Assembly (NCBI GenBank): GCA_013151965.1
Contig: JAADHF010000131.1
Span: 46,409-110,408, forward strand
Length of the DNA: 64,000 nt
Source of the DNA: Spirochaetota bacterium
Lineage (GTDB): Bacteria > Spirochaetota > Spirochaetia > SZUA-6
Direction of reading: 5' to 3'
Shown: piece by piece, positions 28,486 through 39,200 of the stretch
Numbering within the stretch: the stretch's first letter is position 1
How the letters are laid out: every line of letters begins with the position of its first letter
Made by a program: the position numbers and the translations under genes
Notes under the pieces: generated by a model
Told to the model about the DNA's origin: nothing
What the model saw: the letters and a program-made list of their open reading frames with translations, nothing else
Databases searched by the model: none

Positions 28486-30429
28486 ATGGGGTTAACCTTA
28501 ACGGAAAAGATAATAAAAGAACATCTTGTAAGCGGAATTTTAAAAGCCGGTGAGGAAATCGGAATCGGAATCGACCAGACTCTTACCCAGGACGCTACCG
28601 GGACAATGGCCTGTCTTCAACTGGAAGCCATAGGTGTCGACAGAGTAAAAACGGAGATTTCCGTTTCGTATGTGGATCACAATATGCTCCAGACGGATTT
28701 TAAAAACATGGATGATCACAGATATCTTCAGAGTGTGGCTGCGCGTTTCGGAATATATTTTTCCAGACCCGGCAATGGAATATGTCACCAGGTTCATCTG
28801 GAACGTTTCGGCATTCCCGGAAAAACACTGATAGGCTCGGATTCTCATACTCCGACTAACGGCGGGATGGGTATGCTCGCAATCGGTTCGGGAGGTGTGG
28901 ATGTGGCTGTAGCGATGGCAGGCGGACCCTTTTATCTTAAAATGCCGGAGGTGGTCGGAGTGGAGCTTTCCGGGAAACTTAATGATTTCTGTTCCGCCAA
29001 GGATGTAATACTGACATTATTAAAGACGGAAACCGTTAAAGGCGGAATAGGGAAGGTGTATGAATATTTCGGCAGCGGAGTTATGACCTTAACCGTACCT
29101 GAAAGGGCGACGATAACCAATATGGGCGCGGAACTGGGAGCTACTACCTCCATATTCCCCTCCGATGAAGCTACCAGGGAATTCTTAAGGGTACAGAATA
29201 GGGAAAAAAGCTGGAAGCCTGTTTCCGCGGACAGCGGTGCAGTGTATTCACGGGTAATAAAAATCAATCTAAACGATATTGTGCCTATGGCTGCCAGGCC
29301 CCATATGCCGGATAATGTTGTTCCTGTTCATGAGATCGAGGGGATAAAGGCGGATCAGATTGCCATAGGATCATGCACCAATTCCTCGATTAACGATCTT
29401 GCTGTAGCGGCTGATATTCTGGAAGGTAATATAATCGCGCCCGGTGTTTCCCTGGGAGTTTCTCCCGGTTCCAGGCAGGCTCTGATGACGGCTACGGATC
29501 TCGGAATAACATCCGTATTGATAGCCTCCGGAGCAAGAATTCTGGAGAGCGCATGCGGTCCGTGCATAGGCATGGGTTTTGCACCTTCATCCGGCGCTGT
29601 AAGTGTCAGGACGTTTAACCGCAATTTTACGGGCAGAAGCGGAACAAAGGATGCGGGGATATATCTTGTATCCCCGGAAACGGCTGCGGCCACTGCCTTA
29701 AAAGGCGTTCTTACGGACCCCAGAAGCTTAGGGTCTTTTCCGCGGAGGGATTTGAGTTCGAAGATCATAGTGAACGATGCAATGATTATTAAGCCGCCGG
29801 AGGATGGAAGCGGCACGGAGATTGTCCGCGGACCCAATATTAAGCCTGTTCCGGAGGGAAAGATACTTGAGAATCACTTTAAGGCGCAGATTATCCTGAA
29901 AGCCGGCGATAATATTACAACCGACGATATCATGCCTGCAGGTGCAGAGATACTGCCCTTCCGATCCAATATTCCCGAAATTTCAAAGTATGTTTTTTCT
30001 GCGATCGATCCTGAGTTTTATAAAAAGGCCATTGCCTTAAGAAAAAGTGTTATTATAGGCGGAGAAAATTACGGGCAGGGTTCTTCACGGGAACATGCAG
30101 CTCTTGCTCCCATGTATCTTGGAGTGCGGGCGGTAATCGCTAAAAGCTTTGCAAGAATACACAGGGCTAATCTTGTGAACTTCGGAATACTGCCTCTGAC
30201 CTTCAGGGACAGGGATGACTATAATGATATTAAGCCGGGTGATGTGATTGAATTCGGTACGCTTAAGGAGAGTTTAAAGGCCGGAAAGCCGGTCTCCGTT
30301 TCTATTGCCGGCGGAAGCGGAGAAAAGAAAAAAATTATTGTACTGGAATGCAATGTTGCTGACCGTTTTATCGATATCCTTCTTTCCGGCGGATTACTTA
30401 ATTATACAAGGAAGCATTCGATAAAATGA
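28486..30429 (+). CDS. Aconitate hydratase (about 650-aa type)
   Basis: GICHQVH, GSDSHT, IGSCTN, ACGPCIG, RNFTGRSG, ITTDDI, NYGQGSSREHAA; GGAGG before ATG 28486. Confidence 0.9.
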   Translation: MGLTLTEKIIKEHLVSGILKAGEEIGIGIDQTLTQDATGTMACLQLEAIGVDRVKTEISVSYVDHNMLQTDFKNMDDHRYLQSVAARFGIYFSRPGNGICHQVHLERFGIPGKTLIGSDSHTPTNGGMGMLAIGSGGVDVAVAMAGGPFYLKMPEVVGVELSGKLNDFCSAKDVILTLLKTETVKGGIGKVYEYFGSGVMTLTVPERATITNMGAELGATTSIFPSDEATREFLRVQNREKSWKPVSADSGAVYSRVIKINLNDIVPMAARPHMPDNVVPVHEIEGIKADQIAIGSCTNSSINDLAVAADILEGNIIAPGVSLGVSPGSRQALMTATDLGITSVLIASGARILESACGPCIGMGFAPSSGAVSVRTFNRNFTGRSGTKDAGIYLVSPETAAATALKGVLTDPRSLGSFPRRDLSSKIIVNDAMIIKPPEDGSGTEIVRGPNIKPVPEGKILENHFKAQIILKAGDNITTDDIMPAGAEILPFRSNIPEISKYVFSAIDPEFYKKAIALRKSVIIGGENYGQGSSREHAALAPMYLGVRAVIAKSFARIHRANLVNFGILPLTFRDRDDYNDIKPGDVIEFGTLKESLKAGKPVSVSIAGGSGEKKKIIVLECNVADRFIDILLSGGLLNYTRKHSIK

Positions 30430-31706
30430 AGCAGACAATCTTAAACCACCTGCATAACGATTACACGGAACCGATAAGAGACCCTGTATGGAAAAATATC
30501 TACCTTTCCGGGAGCTTGCTTGAGGTTACAAAGGACAGGTGTTTTCAGAAATTAAACCGGATAAAGCAGTTGGGACCGGCATACCTCGTATATCCCGGAG
30601 CTACCCACACAAGGCTGAATCACAGCTTAGGTGTATTTGCCCTGGCTCACAGGCTTATTAAACACCTGGTCGCTTTTGAAGAGGTAAGAGAGCTTTCTGT
30701 CGAGGGTGTAAAATCTTTTCTCTGTGCGGCTTTACTGCACGATCTCGGACACTATCCCTTTGCGCATTCTCTTAAGGATATTAATATTAAAAGCCACGAG
30801 GAGCTTACTTCGGAGCTGATAATGGGAAGCGGTATTACGGGTATATTAAAAAAAACCGTCGGGGTGGATCCCCTGGCTGTGGCGGCAATTATCGATGAGA
30901 AAACGGCATACAGCGGCGGCGTCAGGGTGGAGTTTTACAGGCGTCTTCTTTCCGGGGTTCTGGATCCGGATAAACTGGACTATCTTAACAGGGATGCTTA
31001 TTTCTGCGGTGTTCCCTATGGAATTCAGGATGTTGATTTTATTCTCGGAGAAGTACAGCCGGTAGAATGCAGGGGTATCGGTATATCGGAAAAAGGCCTG
31101 TCGGCTGTCGAGGGTATTCTCTTTGCAAAATATCTCATGTATAAATCCGTTTACTGGCATAAGACCGTACGCATTGCAACTGCTATGATAAAGAAGGCGG
31201 TTATTATGGGGTTAAAAGAGGGAATAATTAAAAGGGAAGAGCTCTACGGTCCGGATGATAATGAATTTTTTTCTATTGTCTTAAAGTACGGCTACCCTCC
31301 TTTTGAGCTGTTAAAAAAGGTAGTGGAACGTAATCTTTACAAATTGATATATAGAACTCCCTTCGATGACAACAACCCCATACATAGAGATTTAACGGAT
31401 GTTAAAATAAAGGATGAGTATGAAAGAAAAATTACCGGTGAGCTGGGAAAGACAGCCGGCAGAAAGATCCTCGAGCAGGAAGTTATTATCGATGTTCCGG
31501 AACCGATATCCTTCGAAATCGATCTTTCCGTTTATCCCGAAAAGGGTGCACCGTATGGTTTTGCCGAATCCTCATCAATTTTCAGGGGTGATACGGTTAA
31601 AGACTTTACCGGATCTTTAAGGAGTATTTCTCTTCTTATAAGCAGAGAGCATTCTCTTCCTGATTCATTAAGAAAAGCAGATATGGATAAATGGTTTGGC
31701 GCCTAA
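30426..31706 (+). CDS. HD-superfamily phosphohydrolase (SAMHD1/dNTPase-like)
   Basis: RIKQLG..YPGATHTRLNHSLG, LHDLGHYPFAH, DPDKLDYLNRD, VYWHK. Confidence 0.88.
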   Translation: MKQTILNHLHNDYTEPIRDPVWKNIYLSGSLLEVTKDRCFQKLNRIKQLGPAYLVYPGATHTRLNHSLGVFALAHRLIKHLVAFEEVRELSVEGVKSFLCAALLHDLGHYPFAHSLKDINIKSHEELTSELIMGSGITGILKKTVGVDPLAVAAIIDEKTAYSGGVRVEFYRRLLSGVLDPDKLDYLNRDAYFCGVPYGIQDVDFILGEVQPVECRGIGISEKGLSAVEGILFAKYLMYKSVYWHKTVRIATAMIKKAVIMGLKEGIIKREELYGPDDNEFFSIVLKYGYPPFELLKKVVERNLYKLIYRTPFDDNNPIHRDLTDVKIKDEYERKITGELGKTAGRKILEQEVIIDVPEPISFEIDLSVYPEKGAPYGFAESSSIFRGDTVKDFTGSLRSISLLISREHSLPDSLRKADMDKWFGA

Positions 31707-31760
31707 TATTTACCATCGATACTTGAAGGGGCGGATAAATTGGAATAGATTATAGTATAG

Positions 31761-32495
31761 ATGAAGTATGCTGTTTTAAGTGATATTCACAGTAACTGGG
31801 AAGCCTTGAGTTCCGCGGAAAAAGAGATAGAGAAGTATGATGTCGATTATATAGTCTGTCTTGGCGATGCAGTGGGCTACAATGCGGATCCGAACCGGTG
31901 TCTTAAGGAAATTGCAGGTATTTCGGATTTTATGGTACGTGGTAATCACGATAAAGCTGTTGCCGGATTAATGAGTATTGATTACTTTAACAGCATGGCC
32001 AGGGAAGCCGTACAATGGACCCGGACACATATCAGTCTAATAAACCTGGCCGTATTAAAAAGATTACCGGCAGGGCCCTTAATGGTTAATGGCAGATATC
32101 TTATATGTCACGGTTCACCTATGGATGAGGATAGGTACATCGTAACATACAGGGATATTAATGAAAATATTTTTTATATAAACCGGTATTTCAAGGATAC
32201 GGGAATATGTTTCTTCGGCCATACGCATGTGCCCATGGTTTTTGAGGAAAACAGCGGTCTCTTAGATCTGAAACCGGAAATACAGCTTGATCCTTCGAAA
32301 CGTTACCTTATAAATCCGGGGTCGGTAGGGCAGCCGAGAGACGGCAGTTCAAAAGCAGCTTTAGGTGTTTTTGATGATGAAAAATATGTTTACAGATATG
32401 TAAGATTCGATTATCCTGTGGACATTACACAGAGGAAAATAATCGAAGCAGGGCTTCCGGAAGCACTAGCCCTTCGTTTGTATTCCGGAAATTAA
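31761..32495 (+). CDS. Calcineurin-like metallophosphoesterase
   Basis: SDIHSN, LGDAVGY, RGNHD, HGSP, GHTH, NPGSVGQPRD. Confidence 0.9.
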   Translation: MKYAVLSDIHSNWEALSSAEKEIEKYDVDYIVCLGDAVGYNADPNRCLKEIAGISDFMVRGNHDKAVAGLMSIDYFNSMAREAVQWTRTHISLINLAVLKRLPAGPLMVNGRYLICHGSPMDEDRYIVTYRDINENIFYINRYFKDTGICFFGHTHVPMVFEENSGLLDLKPEIQLDPSKRYLINPGSVGQPRDGSSKAALGVFDDEKYVYRYVRFDYPVDITQRKIIEAGLPEALALRLYSGN

Positions 32496-32536
32496 AGAAA
32501 CCGGTAATACGGAACAGAAAATATACATAGCAATAA

Positions 32537-32998
32537 ATGGAGAGGGGAATGATGAAACATTCGAAATTAATGGAAGAAAGAATACGGCGGACAAGGGTTC
32601 TCTTTAAGGAGCTCGGATATAAAATATTCAATGCAGAAGCAGGTGAAGATGTATATACGGCGGGTTTCGAAAAGGAAGACGGACTGCAGGGCGGATTCTT
32701 TATAGACAGAGAGAGTAAATTCCTTGAAGTGACATATACATTTTCATTTCCGCCGTCGCTGTCCGATTTTTTAAAGGAAAGACTGGAGGATATGCTTAAG
32801 GTATGTTATGAATTCGGCTGTTATACGAATATTCAGAAGGGGGAAAAAGAGTTTAATTTCTCCGTATTTTCGAAGATATATTTTGCAGGTCTTAACTATT
32901 ACTCATTACGGGATTCACTGCGTGATTTCAGCGAGTGTATTGCAATGCTGACCGATCTTCTTGCAATCAGCAAGAATGATGATAAAGAGGAGGGATAG
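32537..32998 (+). CDS. Hypothetical protein, possibly YbjN / T3SS-chaperone-like fold (start may be 32549 or 32552)
   Basis: Small acidic alpha/beta protein within the gene cluster; the fold call is tentative. Confidence 0.6.
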   Translation: MERGMMKHSKLMEERIRRTRVLFKELGYKIFNAEAGEDVYTAGFEKEDGLQGGFFIDRESKFLEVTYTFSFPPSLSDFLKERLEDMLKVCYEFGCYTNIQKGEKEFNFSVFSKIYFAGLNYYSLRDSLRDFSECIAMLTDLLAISKNDDKEEG

Positions 32999-33001
32999 AT
33001 T

Positions 33002-33697
33002 ATGAACATACATAATCAATTGGAAGACGAAGTCCTTCGGAAGGTTAACGAAATATTCGACGATGAGGAAGCAAAGCAGAGTATGCAGTTCTGCACCTGC
33101 CATCAATGCAGGCTCGATGTGGCATGTTATGTGTTAAATAGAATATCTCCCATATATACCGTTTCCGGACGCGGCCTTGCCCACCTTGAGTCCGATTACC
33201 AGGACAAGCTGCAGCGTGAGGCTGACATAGTATCGCTGATCAAAGATGGAATAGAACACGTATCGGGAGCCAAGCGGCCGCACTTTCCCCATAATGACGA
33301 AGGGGAGAAAGAGCTGCCGGAGGGGCCTTTCTTTAACTTTCCGCAGATTGTGGGAAGGATCTTTAACAGCATCAACTTTGAGCCTGTTTTCGGTATTTCC
33401 GTATCGTTGTTTTTAAATGGAAACATAGTAAAAATGGTTAACCCGAACTGGCAGAATCCGTATCAGATAGTGGCAAATGCAACCGGTGTCTATTCGTTCT
33501 GGCCATACCCCGAACCCGCCGATGCAAAGGGATTGGAGAAAGAGTTCGAATTGGAACTTGCCGTGGATGACCCGGCTTATACACCTTTAAGGCATTATAT
33601 TAAGGTAACCGCCGAGTCCGCCGGGGGATTTTTACAGTACAGCAAGGGCACGAGAATATATAACGTAGAAGATCTATACCTTATTCACGAAAAATAA
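33002..33697 (+). CDS. ComFB-family protein with C-terminal beta domain
   Basis: IHNQLED, CTCHQCRLDVACYVLNR..P.YTVS.RG, RPH. Confidence 0.85.
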   Translation: MNIHNQLEDEVLRKVNEIFDDEEAKQSMQFCTCHQCRLDVACYVLNRISPIYTVSGRGLAHLESDYQDKLQREADIVSLIKDGIEHVSGAKRPHFPHNDEGEKELPEGPFFNFPQIVGRIFNSINFEPVFGISVSLFLNGNIVKMVNPNWQNPYQIVANATGVYSFWPYPEPADAKGLEKEFELELAVDDPAYTPLRHYIKVTAESAGGFLQYSKGTRIYNVEDLYLIHEK

Positions 33698-33745
33698 CCG
33701 GTTTTTCCGGTTCTCCGCACTATTGAAATTATTATTTATTTAAGT

Positions 33746-34033
33746 TTAATAAAATTCCGAAAATATTTTTGTCCTGTATAAATAACCGGGAAAGGAATCT
33801 TCTACAAGATTCAGAGCTTTGTGAAGTACCGATTCTCCGTGCTGTTTGGAGTTAGAGACCAATGCCCCGGCCAGTACTGCGGTTCGTATGGAGTCCTGTT
33901 TGTCCACTTCGGCAACGGAAAGTTTAAATTTCCGGATAAGGCGGTCCTTTATTGATTTTATTACTTTGCGTTTGTCTTTCAGTGAGCGGGCTTCCGGAAT
34001 GTCGATGATAAGCTCAATAATGGAAACAACCAT
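33746..34033 (-). CDS. DUF503 (YlxP-like) protein
   Basis: SLKDKRKVIKS...KFKLSVAEVD.QD. Confidence 0.88.
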   Translation of the reverse strand: MVVSIIELIIDIPEARSLKDKRKVIKSIKDRLIRKFKLSVAEVDKQDSIRTAVLAGALVSNSKQHGESVLHKALNLVEDSFPGYLYRTKIFSEFY

Positions 34034-34046
34034 AATAAGAAATAAC

Positions 34047-35171
34047 TTAACCGGGCATGATGTTTTCTATGTCCTGCATATCAATATTTAAAACACTATC
34101 CTCTTCCTGCACGGCTGTTCTGTCCTTTAAGGGGAGGAAATGTTCATTGTACTGTTTTGCAACTCTGAAAACATCGTCCTGAGCGTATTTTTCGGGTATC
34201 TTAACTTCAAGGTTATAGTTCCTGTCTCTGAAACCATGCTCCATCACGTGAAGCGGGTCTGTTACCGTGATTGCAAAATGGGGGCTGTAGAATACAAGGA
34301 ATGCAGTTACCGTTAAAAGAACTATAAGGAAGAATATAAGGTTCTGAATGGAATTCTGAATGGAAATTACCCTTGTATCAAAGAACAGCTCCAGATTTTT
34401 TTCTTTAAAGTAGCTGTAATCGCCGGGGCCGAAATGTTCCCCGTAGTATCCGTTCTTATACCTGCTGTAAAGCGCTTTTCCGCCTTTTTTTACAATAAGA
34501 AGATTGTTGTCCAGCTTATCGAGGTACCGGATGGTACTGTTAAACTTGCTGCTGTTTGTTTCCGTCCCCGCAAGTGTTTCCGCTATGGCAAGCTGCTGCC
34601 TGTAAACAGAGGTATCGAGCCCGGGCAGGTCGGTACTTCCCGTGACAAATGACACACCGAATAGAGAAAAAACTATAACTGTAATACTGATCGTCGTTAT
34701 GGTAGCAATATGGCGCTGTGCCATAATGGATTCCACGTACCGTATTTTCCCGAATATTTTTATTATTCTTAAGAACCTTAAAACCCTTGCTATGCGGATT
34801 GCTTTGATAACCTTTAATACATTAAAAATACCGCCTATGCCCATAACTGTCGAACCGGTAAGGAAGAGTGTCAGCATCATGGGGCCGGAGTTAAATATTA
34901 AAAGCGGTACGGATGCGAAAAAATCTATCCAGCCTCTGCCTCTGGTAAGGTAATAATATGTTTTTTTATTGGCAATGGCATAGAAGAGTCTTGTAAGAAA
35001 CTCGATTGTAAAAAACAGGTCGAAACAGAAACTGGAAATTGCAAGCTTTTTCCTGATATCCATAGTCCAGCCGGCAACTACGGCAAAGTCTTCCAGGAAC
35101 ATCTGCACAAGTACAAGCAGGATAGCCGCGATAACCAGTGACTCGAAAAAAACAGTTATTTTTCTGCTCAT
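34047..35171 (-). CDS. Ion_trans-like voltage-sensor (S1-S4) membrane protein lacking a pore, with an extracytoplasmic loop and HAMP-like tail
   Basis: S2 FTIEFLTR, S3 WIDFFASVP, S4 KVIKAIRIARVLRFLRIIKIFGKIR; no GYG or other selectivity filter recognised. Confidence 0.8.
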   Translation of the reverse strand: MSRKITVFFESLVIAAILLVLVQMFLEDFAVVAGWTMDIRKKLAISSFCFDLFFTIEFLTRLFYAIANKKTYYYLTRGRGWIDFFASVPLLIFNSGPMMLTLFLTGSTVMGIGGIFNVLKVIKAIRIARVLRFLRIIKIFGKIRYVESIMAQRHIATITTISITVIVFSLFGVSFVTGSTDLPGLDTSVYRQQLAIAETLAGTETNSSKFNSTIRYLDKLDNNLLIVKKGGKALYSRYKNGYYGEHFGPGDYSYFKEKNLELFFDTRVISIQNSIQNLIFFLIVLLTVTAFLVFYSPHFAITVTDPLHVMEHGFRDRNYNLEVKIPEKYAQDDVFRVAKQYNEHFLPLKDRTAVQEEDSVLNIDMQDIENIMPG

Positions 35172-35179
35172 AATACCCC

Positions 35180-36109
35180 CTACCAGCTGTTTTCTGCCGC
35201 AATCTTATAGAATTCATCGAGCATATTAATATCGAACCCGTAGAATTTGTAATTCCTCCGGGCAATATTAAACCAGCTCTTATCAGGCGAGTCGGCACCT
35301 CTGTCCACTTTTGTTAAACGCCTGTAATTTATGCCTCTTGCCGCAAAGATAGATGTAATCCTGGACGTTGCCGCTACCTGCTTATTTTCGGGAAATGAAA
35401 GGCTGCTGTCAAGTGCAGTCCTTATTAATCGCCCCGGTATTGTCTTTAGCTGATTGGTCAGTATGGTAAAGGCTTTATCGGCAAACTGCCGGTTAACAAC
35501 ACCCGATTGAAGGGTGGATTCTTCTTCGGATAAGACTGCTGTAAGCAGATGTATCGAGGGCTTTAAGAGGAGCAGTGCAAGGATAAAATTCTTTACTTCC
35601 TCTCTTCCCATCTTTAATTTCTGCACTTTGGTAAGTTCAAAATGTATATATTTCTTTCTTTCAAAGGATTCATCCAGATATGGGTCCGGTAGATTCTTAA
35701 GTATCGCTGTATAGGGTCCTATAAAACTCTGTCTTGTCTGAGGTTTTAATAAAATTCTCTTTAAAAATTCCAGTATGGTTTTTTTAAGAATGGTAATGTC
35801 CTGTTTTTTTTCTTCAAGAAAATGGATGAATGCAAAATCTATTTTACCGTCGATTACGTTTTCAAGTTCGGGAAATAATACAAGATTGCTCTCTGAGATA
35901 AGGGCCTGATGCAGCATATGGTAGATGGAATTCCAGTTCTCTCCGGGAAAGAAGTTAGCGGAGGTCAATGTCGGGTACAGCTGTTTTGCATTAACCTTTA
36001 AAAAATGAATTATCTGTTCTTCCTTTTGGAGTACCGGATAATTCTCTAATGCAGGGTTGGACATTAACCTTTTAATAAACAACTGCGCTTTACTGTTTTC
36101 CATTGTCAT
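35180..36109 (-). CDS. Cytoplasmic hypothetical protein, first gene of the voltage-sensor operon
   Basis: 309-aa helical ORF, 8 bp from the next gene; C-terminus DRGADSPDKSWF.IARRN looks like a conserved motif. Confidence 0.7.
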   Translation of the reverse strand: MTMENSKAQLFIKRLMSNPALENYPVLQKEEQIIHFLKVNAKQLYPTLTSANFFPGENWNSIYHMLHQALISESNLVLFPELENVIDGKIDFAFIHFLEEKKQDITILKKTILEFLKRILLKPQTRQSFIGPYTAILKNLPDPYLDESFERKKYIHFELTKVQKLKMGREEVKNFILALLLLKPSIHLLTAVLSEEESTLQSGVVNRQFADKAFTILTNQLKTIPGRLIRTALDSSLSFPENKQVAATSRITSIFAARGINYRRLTKVDRGADSPDKSWFNIARRNYKFYGFDINMLDEFYKIAAENSW

Positions 36110-36239
36110 TAATTTATTCTCGGTTTACTTAAGCATTTAATTGATGATTTAACATTAATGGCATATGTTTTTTTATGTTCTCATTTTATCTTAATTGTAT
36201 TACATTGAGGCAGCCTTTGTGCGGATATAGAGAAAGAAT

Positions 36240-39200
36240 TTGAAAAAGATTATTTTAATTCTGATCGTATTATTTACTCCGAACCTCCCTGTTTTTACGG
36301 ATGCTGTTGTCCAGCCGGAGAAGGAAGCTCCTAAAGTACTTTTTAAAACCGATATAACCGGAGCCGATGTTGATTTTTACATGAGTGGTTCATGGACCTC
36401 CAGCCTTTTTATGGGTTCGGGCGTTCTGTTTCAATCCGGTTATCTTCCCAGAATGCTTGATTATTTTCCGGGAAGCGATACCGGTTTTATATTCGAAAAT
36501 ATACCCGATTTAACTTTTTCCGTATATCTGATGAAAAAGTATTTTCTCGAACTCAGTGTTTTAAGTGATTTTGAAAAAAACTCTTTTCTTATGGGGTATA
36601 AAGACGAAGATAATAACTTTTTAAATTATCTCTATATCGGAAACAGGGATATACGGAGCGACCCGTATCCTTTTATAGAAATACCGGATGCCGGTAATTC
36701 TTCACTGGGAATAGAGGCCGGACTGCATTCCGGTAATACTGCAGAACATCATCTTATGCTGAGATACGATTCCAATGGAACGGGGATAAAGTATTTTTTA
36801 GGGATGAACGAAGTGCAGGAGGAAACTATCGATGTAAAGGATTATATCCGCGGTAAATATTTTTTTATACCCGATACCGATGTCGAGGATTTTACATTGT
36901 ACCTATCCGATCCCGGAGGCTCATATACCGGTTCGGACGGTTTCCGTTATCGTAAAGCCGGGCCCGATGATTATATTTTAAATAATCATGCAGGAACATT
37001 ATCTTTAAAAAAGGATTTTAAAGGAAAGGCTGCAGTGTACTATACTAAGAACGGATATCCGGTGGGGGACGCCGCTATCGGCAGGGGCGGACTTCCCGGA
37101 GTAAACGGAAATGAACCGGATGCCGGTTATCCGCCTGTCGATTTTAACTGGAACCTTTCCGGTTACCCTGGCGGGAATATGGCATCCCGTAAAGTAACCA
37201 TAAACTCTGAAAATAGTCTTTTGCTCTGGGATAACGGGAATTTTACACCATTTCTGGACTGCAGTAACTATAAAGTGACAGAGGGACTGCCGGAAAATTC
37301 GGAAAATGCAAGGGTGCGGCTTGTTAAGAGGGACAACAGGTATGAGAAGGCGGAGGTCTCCGCATCGATCAGGTTCAGCCTCAATGCGCCGGATAGTACG
37401 ATTACAGCACACAGAACGGATAAAAATACTGCTGCAGGCAGGGATTTTTACGCCTTCTTCCCTTTCCCTGATCCCGGTTATAATATTTATACCCCGAAAT
37501 CGATTCCTGACTCGGATAAACCCGAGTATCAAATTCTTGTTATGGTTCTGCAGCCTGTTACTGAGTATATACTCGAGGATAACATTATTCCGGGTTCAGT
37601 GCATGTCCTTAAAAACGGTATGGAGGAAACACGGTTTAAGGTCGATTATGACAGCGGAAAGATAAATTTTACAACAGAGATATTCCCGGACGATTTTATG
37701 GAGATCAGGTACAGTAAGGCGGGTATTTCCGAGAAGGGAGGCGACCTGATATTTGACTGGGGGAATACCATTAAACTCTCAGAAAGTATATTGCTCCGGT
37801 TCGCTACGGGGTTCCGCTGGAATATTTTGTCCGGCACATACACAGAAAGTGAGTTCGCAAAAACCGGCAGCATGCTTGTATCGGCGGGGCTTTCGGAAAA
37901 GAAAAAAAATTATGATTTTAATCTGTCTTTGGGAGCAGGGTATTCTGTTCCCGATACTACCGGGATATTTCGCATAGAGGGGATGGAGGGTACCGGCACG
38001 GATGTGGAAATCGACGAAAATAATATATACCCTTCTTCCGTTCCTTCGGATATTTCCGGTTTAAGCCGGACAAACCGGGGCAAAATTCTATATAAAGATT
38101 ACAGGAGTTACGGTTCCTTCGGTTCCGTAACTCTGCATTACTATGAAGATCCCATCCCGGCTGATCAGGAATATGCATATACGTCCGGTTCCAAACCGGG
38201 GCCGTATATCGTGGGAGGAAGTTCTGCGGGCAAAAGCGGGAAAAGTATGGCCATCGATTTTGATATGGATACTTTAAAGGAGTGGGTCGGTGCGCAAATA
38301 CCCATGGGAGGAGGTAATCCGCCGGACCTCTCTTCCGCCCGGTCGGTATCTCTCTCCTTCAAGGTGTTTAAGTTAAGCGGGAATGTCCGAATGTACCTCG
38401 AAATAGGGGAGACCGGTGAAGACCTGGACGGCGACGGAATTCTCGACCGTGAACAGATGGAAAGCTCAAAGGGTTTTGAGTTTAACGATATCAGTAATAA
38501 CGCTGTTCTCTATGTAGGCGGAGGGCCCAGGATGGAGGGTAACGGGAAGATTGATTCGGAAGATTTAAACAACAATGGTTTTCTCGATCCGGATAATCCC
38601 GCCCATATCGTGTCCGTTACATCCGGCGGATCCGCGGATATTCTTCTGCTCGATTCTCCTGCGGATCAGTGGATAAAATTCACCCACAATTTTTCGGAAG
38701 CGGAAAGGGAAAAGCTGAAGAACGCAGGATCGGTACGTATTGTTGTCGTAAAACAGTCGGGAGATACGGCGGATGGTGTTATTCTGATAGATAAAATAAC
38801 ATTTAACGGCTCTCCCTTCTGGCAGAAGGCAGACAGCCCGGGAGAAGTAACCGCCCAGGAGATAGATGAGAATTATTCGGCATACCTTCCTTCGGCTGAT
38901 CTGGAAGATTCTTTTACCGAAGTTAAGAGTATCTTTCATCCTCATGGCGAACGGCAGAAGATTCTGCAGATTACATGGAACTCCGTACCTGCCGGCGGAA
39001 GCTGGACTGTGGGAAAATATTTAAACAACGTTATTAATAAAGTTATGTACAGCAGGCTGGTCTTTTATCTAAGGGCTGCTTCCATGGATAATTCTCAGGA
39101 TGCTGTTTTAAGCATCGGGGTTGTCGATACGGGGGGAAGGGGCATAACCATAGGTTTTAAAGGGAATATTCTGGCTCCGGGAATAGATTCTCCATGGAAA

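Noticed and set aside
30426-31706. dGTPase-type anti-phage gene
   Set aside because: Translationally coupled to aconitase and of the widespread housekeeping HD type; nothing in the context suggests defence.
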